Shown here one piece after another: positions 57,973 to 64,000 of a stretch of DNA of 64,000 bases. Every line of letters starts with the position of its first letter. Position 1 is the stretch's first letter. Below the pieces are notes generated by a model, which saw only the letters and a list, made by a program, of their open reading frames with translations, ran no database searches and was not told the DNA's origin. The DNA comes from Bacteroidota bacterium. Lineage in GTDB: Bacteria; Bacteroidota; Bacteroidia; Bacteroidales; FEN-979. Made by a program: the position numbers and the translations under genes. The stretch spans positions 36,127 to 100,126 of the forward strand of contig JBAXKG010000004.1 in assembly GCA_037137455.1 (NCBI GenBank), in the 5' to 3' direction.

Positions 57973-60492
57973 ATGAACCATCGTCTTCTGCCATTCCTGA
58001 TGGTTTTACTAATGGCTGCCGCAAACTGTTTTTCACAGGAATCATTTTTTGTTACCGGAAGGGTGATAGATTCCAAATCACGTGAATCGCTCGCTTTTGT
58101 GAATATTGTCATCAACAGCAGCAACACCGGGGGAACAACCGATATCGATGGCAAATTCAACCTCAGGTCGGGTAAACCAATCCAGACAATTACCTTAAGC
58201 TATGTTGGTTATGAATCAAAAACGGTCAACATCACCGGCCGTATGAGAGACATAATCATCCAGTTAGTCCAAAAAGAGATCGACCTCCGGGAGGTTGAAA
58301 TTTTTCCCGGCATAAACCCTGCCCATCGCATAATCCGAAATGTTATTGATAACCGCGATATCAACGACCCCGAAAAGGTGAACACTTTTTCATACACTGC
58401 TTACGACAAAACAGTTTTCACCGTTGACGTGGACACTACGCTCAAGGGCGATTTTTCGGCCCTCGTCGACACTTCGATGATGCAGAATGTTCAAGGTATG
58501 GAGATCGGATTTTCAGTGAATCCCGATTCGGTTAAAGTAGATTCAGCCATGAAGGATTCAGCCACAAGGTTAATTGAAAAGCTCATCAGCAACCAGTACC
58601 TGTTTCTGATGGAAAATGTGACCAAACGGAAATTCATGGCCCCCGACAAGAACTACAACAAAGTGATTGCAACCAAGATGTCGGGGTTTAAAGATCCGAT
58701 CCTGGTTTTTTTAGCCACACAGATCCAGTCATTTTCTTTTTACAAACCATTCATCTCAATTATGATGAAGGATTATATAAATCCGATCGGGAGCGGGAGT
58801 TTCACCAAATATTTCTTTAAAATTGAAGATACAACCTTTGTGGGCAAAGACACGGTTTATATTCTCTCGTTCAGGCCCAGAAAAGGAACAAATTTCGATG
58901 GCATGAAGGGACTCATTTCCATAAATACCTACAACTGGGCCATTCAGAATGTCACCGCCGAGCCCTTCCCGAATACCGGTGGCTTTATGATAAGGATCCA
59001 CCAACTTTACGAATTGATTGACGGGAAGCAGTGGTTTCCTGTACAGCTAAATACCGATGTGGCTTTCAACAACATGCGTATCGGGAAATACAAGGCTGTG
59101 GGCAGCGGCCGTAGTTACATCCGCGACATTGTGCTCAACCCGGAACTCGTTCGGCGTGAATTCAACCATCTCGATGTCGAAGTCGATAAGGATGCCACCT
59201 CCCGCAGCGAGCCTTTCTGGGATCAGTATCGCGTTGACAGCCTGAGCCGGAAAGACCGTCAAACCTACAAAGTGTTAGACAGTGTGGGAAAGGCCAACAA
59301 TTTTGATAAGATGGCTAAAACTCTCCAAACCCTTTTATCGGGCCGCATTCCCTGGGGACCTATCGATTTTGATATCAACCGCTTTCTCAACTACAATACC
59401 TACGAAGGACTGGTGGTGGGCGCCGGGATCCATACCAACGACCACCTGGCAGATTGGTTCAAAATAGGAGGATTTTATCAATATGCCTTTGGAATATCTA
59501 CTTCAAAGTACGGCGGGGATGTGAGTTTCCTGGTTAACCGGCGGCACGACATTACCCTGGCCGCATCTGGTTTTTGGGATTTAGTAGAGTCAGGCGGGGT
59601 GAGTTACCCGGAGGATTACGAATCAATCCTTTCGGGCAACTTCAGGCAGTTGCTGTTGAAAAAACTCGACCGCGTTCAAAGTTTTAACATTTCATTGAAT
59701 TTCAGAGCGCTGAAGTATGTGCTATTCAATGTGGGCATCTCTAATAATTTCAAAAAAACAACCACCTACGACCTGGCAACTTTTGAAGGTGATGCCATAC
59801 TTCTTCAGGATCAGTTCCGGTTCACGACAATAACTGCTGGATTCAAGTGGGCGTATGGTGAGAAGTTCATCCAGACCATCAACAATAAAATATCCCTTGG
59901 CACTAAATATCCGGTGGTTTGGTTCGAATACACCCGTGGCATTAAAAACTTCCTTGGAGGAGAATTTGATTACGACCGTTTTGATCTGAAAATTCGCAAG
60001 ACCTTTAACATCAAGTACCTTGGAAAATTGACGGTTCAGTTCGATGGAGGGTATGTTGATCAACCGATTCCGGTTTGTAACCTTTATTATGCTCCGGCAA
60101 GTTACAGGTTGATCACACTGTACGCCCCGAATAGTTTTGGAACAATGCGAAGCAATGAATTTCTTTCAAACAAATATGCATCCCTTTATTTGTATCATGA
60201 TTTCGGGTACCTGCTTTTCAAAGGGAAGAGGTGGTTTCATCCTGAATTTGCCCTGTTGCAGAATATCGGATTCGGCTGGCTCGACCATCCTGAAAAATAT
60301 GCTTACAACACAATTAATCCCAGGGAAATGAACCAGGGTTATTACGAATCAGGGCTGTTGATCAACAACCTCGTCAATCTGAAGGTTTATACAATTGGCA
60401 TCGGCGCTTTTTATCGCTGGGGACCCTATTCGTTTGAAAATGTCGGGGATAATTTCGCATATAAGATATCGATGATATTCCCCTTTAAATAA
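57973..60492 (+). CDS. DUF5686-like outer-membrane protein with N-terminal CarboxypepD_reg-like domain
   Basis: Signal peptide. VTGRVIDSKSRESLAFVNIVI...TTDIDGKFNL. Long beta-rich C-terminal region ending ...MIFPFK. Confidence 0.65.
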   Translation: MNHRLLPFLMVLLMAAANCFSQESFFVTGRVIDSKSRESLAFVNIVINSSNTGGTTDIDGKFNLRSGKPIQTITLSYVGYESKTVNITGRMRDIIIQLVQKEIDLREVEIFPGINPAHRIIRNVIDNRDINDPEKVNTFSYTAYDKTVFTVDVDTTLKGDFSALVDTSMMQNVQGMEIGFSVNPDSVKVDSAMKDSATRLIEKLISNQYLFLMENVTKRKFMAPDKNYNKVIATKMSGFKDPILVFLATQIQSFSFYKPFISIMMKDYINPIGSGSFTKYFFKIEDTTFVGKDTVYILSFRPRKGTNFDGMKGLISINTYNWAIQNVTAEPFPNTGGFMIRIHQLYELIDGKQWFPVQLNTDVAFNNMRIGKYKAVGSGRSYIRDIVLNPELVRREFNHLDVEVDKDATSRSEPFWDQYRVDSLSRKDRQTYKVLDSVGKANNFDKMAKTLQTLLSGRIPWGPIDFDINRFLNYNTYEGLVVGAGIHTNDHLADWFKIGGFYQYAFGISTSKYGGDVSFLVNRRHDITLAASGFWDLVESGGVSYPEDYESILSGNFRQLLLKKLDRVQSFNISLNFRALKYVLFNVGISNNFKKTTTYDLATFEGDAILLQDQFRFTTITAGFKWAYGEKFIQTINNKISLGTKYPVVWFEYTRGIKNFLGGEFDYDRFDLKIRKTFNIKYLGKLTVQFDGGYVDQPIPVCNLYYAPASYRLITLYAPNSFGTMRSNEFLSNKYASLYLYHDFGYLLFKGKRWFHPEFALLQNIGFGWLDHPEKYAYNTINPREMNQGYYESGLLINNLVNLKVYTIGIGAFYRWGPYSFENVGDNFAYKISMIFPFK

Positions 60493-60521
60493 TGAATGTA
60501 ACCGGTTTGAACCAAAATAAA

Positions 60522-63230
60522 CTAGTCTACAATAAACTTCTTTACAGATATTCCCTGGTTATAATACTTTTCGGCACGAAGGAAATAGATGCCTGATGTA
60601 TATAATTCAAATTCCAGATTTTGTTTATCGTTTACATTTTTCCTCCAGATTAATTTTCCCAGGCTGTTGTAAAGTGTTATAACCACGCCTGTCTGAAAGG
60701 CCGATGTCACAAATTTGCCATTGCCTATACTTGGATACAACGAAAAATCATCTTTTGAAATCACCTTAATAACAGTATCGGGTTGCGATTTAACATTGAA
60801 GGCAATGAGGGTATCAGCCGGAACATTATAAATTGCACCATCTGAAAAACGAACCTCTTTTGCATCACCGGGATTGTAAACAACATAATGATTTCGGTTA
60901 TTTTTCCGGAATACTGCATATGAACTGGTATTTGCAGTTACTTTGGTATTAACTATTCCCAAGGTATTTATGGTTACCAGCCAATGATATAAAAACGATG
61001 GCGAAATCGCATCACATCCACTGTATCTGTCAACTTTCGGAATATATGGCAAATTTGAGGTGTAGGGTTGTCCATTTACCATGTTCATATAATTCTGAAA
61101 AGCTAATTCAGGATTATACATCGATTGATAAAACCACATCACATCGTTCCACATGGTTGGGGGACCGCCATGCCGTTTGACTACTTCTCCATAATTTGCC
61201 TCAGTATATGCCGAATCGGCAAGGTACAATCCAGAAGCAAAAGCCGGCAGTATATTTATTCCTGCAATATATTCGGGCCTAACAGACCAAGTGTCGTTAT
61301 AAGCCACTTTATCGGCGCCAGCGCTCCAGATTCTGGTTCCCGACACATGGTTGAACCCTGTAGGAAAAACCATTTGATCTTTATCCAACCAATATTGATC
61401 AATAGCCTGCTTTTCATTGAGCGCCAGAAACAATCCCAAATCGCGAAGCTGGTTGTCATTAGTATTAAGCCCCCATAAAAATACCGCGGAAGCAAAATTC
61501 ATCGATTCGCCCGATGCTTCCTGGTCGGCGCCCCATGGATACCATCCTCCCCACCCGCCTGATGAGCCGCCAGCCCAGGAATGACCTGCATAAGGATCAT
61601 AATTTCGTAAAAATGGGAACATGCGATCGGAACGATCCCAATTGGCTACATCTTTGATCAACAATTTCACCATTCCGCCAAAAGCGCTTTCTTTGGCCCA
61701 TGCCGGACGAAACTGAGCCAAAATTGCAGCAGAACGAATAAAATAACCATAATGAAAATGATGATCGTTCATGTTGGTGTTTGCATAAAAACTCGTGGGA
61801 AAACCAATCAGGGTATTCCAGGTGGAATCATAATAAAAATATCCGTTTGCCGGTTCGTTTTCATCTGCTTTAAACCAATCTTCCAATCTGTTTTGCACAT
61901 CATTAAGTAATTTCTCCCGTGCAGCAATATTGCCAACCTCATTGGCAATTTCAGCAAGTTGTGCCTGACGGCAAATGCGAATAGGGTTAAAATAGGAATC
62001 CAGAATGCCTTCGTAAACGCTGGTAGCTTTTCTCTCTTCATCTACGTAATCATATAATGCCAGCGAGTCATAATTACCCTTCCATGGCAAATAGGGTATT
62101 ATACCAAAATTCTTCAGCTTGATTGAAAAGGAATTCCCCTCATTTACTTTCATGGTTCCTCTTGGTGAAAGGTAAGTATATAAAGTATTTACCCCTGGCA
62201 TATTTAACCACTGATGCCGGTACAATGCACACATTGTTCGATTTTCACTGCCTTCTTTAATTGTAGTGAAAAATTCATAATTTGTGGTGAGTTCGGCCTT
62301 TGCCTCATCAAAACTCCAACTCACCTGAGTGCTGTCGACAAATGCATAAGCATGTTGGGCATATTTGTCAAAGGTTGAAAGGGAGATATCTGGCAAAAGA
62401 GCCACAGACAAATAGTCTTTCCCATTCAGATTGGATGAAAAGGCGCTTCGCGAAACAACGGAAGGAGAGCCTTTGGGGTCGGTATTTTCATCGAAAGGAT
62501 AGGATAACCCCAAGTTCCATGATGAACCGGTTGGGGCAAAGAGACCGTAAAAATGATTATTTATTTTAACGCCCAACACATTTCCCCCATTATAATAAAC
62601 AATCGGATCGCCCCTGAAACGGATAACAATATCGCCTCCGGTTTTGGTAAAATAGGTATAAACAAACCCATGCCCCATTGTCGCTGTAAGTGTTTTGCCT
62701 TTTGAATCATCCCAGAATGCAGTAACTGTCCAGTCACTATAGTCTTTGACTTTGGTTGATGAATAATTGGTCAGGTCCATATTTGAAACCGTTACGGTCA
62801 GGTCCTCCACTCCCATTTCATACTTATATGTACCCTGGGGATCGCCATTGTACAAAGACACTTTGAATTGATCGGGATACTTCATTTTCAGTCCATACCT
62901 GCATGCCTGAAAAGCAAGTGGGTGCGCATAGGATGGCCATGAGTGATTGTCCCAATTGGTATATTGAAAAACAGATGAGGTCCACAGAAAAGAAGTCCAC
63001 CAATCGTTGGTTTGAACAGGTTTTGAGAAACCGGCGGTTACTTTGGGGAAAGCGCGAACACCTGCATAATTTGAAGGCCCTTTTTCACCGGCAGGCATTG
63101 TGAGATTATAGTATCCTTGTCCGACAAATTGCTTTTGGGAATAGGTAAAAATTGATGTGAAGCAAAAAAAAACAAATGAAAGCAATTTCAAAATTGACCA
63201 CCCAACATCTTCATTCTTTAAAAAGATCAT
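60522..63230 (-). CDS. GH81 endo-beta-1,3-glucanase with T9SS C-terminal sorting domain
   Basis: NDHHFHYGYF, YAGHSWAGG and QEASGESMNFASA are GH81 signatures. C-terminal tail FSLYPSIGNG...KKFIVD. Confidence 0.85.
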   Translation of the reverse strand: MIFLKNEDVGWSILKLLSFVFFCFTSIFTYSQKQFVGQGYYNLTMPAGEKGPSNYAGVRAFPKVTAGFSKPVQTNDWWTSFLWTSSVFQYTNWDNHSWPSYAHPLAFQACRYGLKMKYPDQFKVSLYNGDPQGTYKYEMGVEDLTVTVSNMDLTNYSSTKVKDYSDWTVTAFWDDSKGKTLTATMGHGFVYTYFTKTGGDIVIRFRGDPIVYYNGGNVLGVKINNHFYGLFAPTGSSWNLGLSYPFDENTDPKGSPSVVSRSAFSSNLNGKDYLSVALLPDISLSTFDKYAQHAYAFVDSTQVSWSFDEAKAELTTNYEFFTTIKEGSENRTMCALYRHQWLNMPGVNTLYTYLSPRGTMKVNEGNSFSIKLKNFGIIPYLPWKGNYDSLALYDYVDEERKATSVYEGILDSYFNPIRICRQAQLAEIANEVGNIAAREKLLNDVQNRLEDWFKADENEPANGYFYYDSTWNTLIGFPTSFYANTNMNDHHFHYGYFIRSAAILAQFRPAWAKESAFGGMVKLLIKDVANWDRSDRMFPFLRNYDPYAGHSWAGGSSGGWGGWYPWGADQEASGESMNFASAVFLWGLNTNDNQLRDLGLFLALNEKQAIDQYWLDKDQMVFPTGFNHVSGTRIWSAGADKVAYNDTWSVRPEYIAGINILPAFASGLYLADSAYTEANYGEVVKRHGGPPTMWNDVMWFYQSMYNPELAFQNYMNMVNGQPYTSNLPYIPKVDRYSGCDAISPSFLYHWLVTINTLGIVNTKVTANTSSYAVFRKNNRNHYVVYNPGDAKEVRFSDGAIYNVPADTLIAFNVKSQPDTVIKVISKDDFSLYPSIGNGKFVTSAFQTGVVITLYNSLGKLIWRKNVNDKQNLEFELYTSGIYFLRAEKYYNQGISVKKFIVD

Positions 63231-63254
63231 CTCCTCGTTTTATATTCTCGTCTG

Positions 63255-63262
63255 CAAAATTA
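63255..63262 (-). promoter_or_regulatory. -7 promoter box TAATTTTG (minus strand) for the GH81 gene
   Basis: The reverse complement of caaaatta, 25 nt upstream of ATG 63230. Confidence 0.45.
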
Positions 63263-63351
63263 CTTAGTTTTAAACTGTTTCAACCTTTTTCGTATTAATG
63301 TTTTTTGTGATTTGCGTAGTAAACCCTTCCGATATCATAAATATATTTTTA

Positions 63352-63359
63352 TATCTTTG
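63352..63359 (+). promoter_or_regulatory. -7 promoter box TATCTTTG
   Basis: Exact TAnnTTTG 32 nt upstream of ATG 63391. Confidence 0.45.
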
Positions 63360-63390
63360 CGATATAAAGAACTGTTGTAACATCCACTCC

Positions 63391-64000
63391 ATGCGTGAGA
63401 TTTATCAGAAAAATAAACTCTTTTTCCTGATCATCATAACGGCTGCAGCAGGATTCCTGGTATGGTATTTCGCCAATATTGTCATATTTATTATTGTTGC
63501 CGGTGTAATTTCCATTATTGGTGCGCCATTAGTTGAATTACTTGATAAAATTAAAATCGGCCGGTTCGCTTTCCCTCACGTGTTGAGTGTAACCCTTACA
63601 ATTTTACTTTTACTCCTGCTGTTTTTCGGGATGTTCAGCCTTTTTATTCCACTTGTAATCAATGAGGCAAATCTGATCAGTAATATCGATGGCAAACAGC
63701 TGACAGCATATTACCATGATGAAATTTCATGGTTGCAATCGATGCTGGTACGCTATGGTATTATGCCCCGTGGAACCACGATAGAATCGGCTGCGAGACA
63801 GGCCATTTTGAAAATCATTGATTTCGGAATGTTTTCCAATGTGCTTTCATCTGTTATTTCTTTCACCGGTAAATTCTTTTTTGACTTTTTCTCGATTGTT
63901 TTCCTCTCCTTTTTCTTTCTGAAAGATAACAAGATGCTTCCCCGCTTTATCTTGCTGGTCACGCCTGAAAAATATGATGAAAAGATTAAGAATGTAATGT
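63391..64000 (+). CDS. AI-2E (PerM/YdiK) family transporter, 3'-truncated by the window end
   Basis: Open frame from ATG 63391 to the window edge (MREIYQKNKLFFLIIITAAAG...). Multiple TM segments in the AI-2E-like arrangement. Not in the ORF track because it has no stop codon. Confidence 0.55.
   Translation, partial: MREIYQKNKLFFLIIITAAAGFLVWYFANIVIFIIVAGVISIIGAPLVELLDKIKIGRFAFPHVLSVTLTILLLLLLFFGMFSLFIPLVINEANLISNIDGKQLTAYYHDEISWLQSMLVRYGIMPRGTTIESAARQAILKIIDFGMFSNVLSSVISFTGKFFFDFFSIVFLSFFFLKDNKMLPRFILLVTPEKYDEKIKNVM

Noticed and set aside
1-64000. Mobile element, prophage, genomic island or defence island
   Set aside because: I saw no integrase, transposase, recombinase, phage structural gene, restriction-modification, toxin-antitoxin or nuclease/helicase defence-type gene. 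I also saw no flanking direct repeats or tRNA integration site. Gene content and packing look like core chromosome.

Overview
The window reads as a syntenic, mostly housekeeping chromosomal segment of a Bacteroidota genome. Three things support the phylum call. Many start codons sit 20-60 nt downstream of the Bacteroides-type -7 promoter box TAnnTTTG. Three secreted enzymes carry type-A T9SS C-terminal sorting tails and one protein carries a type-B (gliding-motility CTD) tail. Several Bacteroidota-typical families are present (DUF4252, DUF5686, PorV/PorQ-like barrel).

About 50 CDS are supported:
- Core functions: lpdA, rfbC, uvrA, rsfS-ftsH-LUD-cdsA-psd, guaB, carAB, glyA, ppk1, priA, pfkA.
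- A tightly packed minus-strand string of nine genes: three SurA/PpiD-like chaperones, MoxR, pstSCAB and a GPP34-like gene.
- An ECF sigma / anti-sigma / DUF4252 module.
- A membrane multiheme cytochrome next to an output-less GAF-PAS protein and NhaD.
- Secreted T9SS cargo: GH53, a modular M14 peptidase with dockerin and cohesin, and GH81.

I found no tRNA or rRNA gene, CRISPR array, transposase, integrase, phage gene or recognisable defence system. I cannot honestly point to a clear novel multi-gene system.

The points most worth a second look are:
- Short TGA-phased tandem repeats placed directly after two stop codons, and once inside the 5' end of a surface-protein CDS.
- A PorQ-like barrel paired with a large ComEA-like helix-hairpin-helix outer-membrane protein.
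- A GPP34-like gene occupying the position where phoU normally follows pstB.
- A sulfatase whose CxPxR motif reads CAPSL.
- A SixA-like phosphatase abutting ppk1.

All functional calls come from motif recognition by eye. No searches were run.
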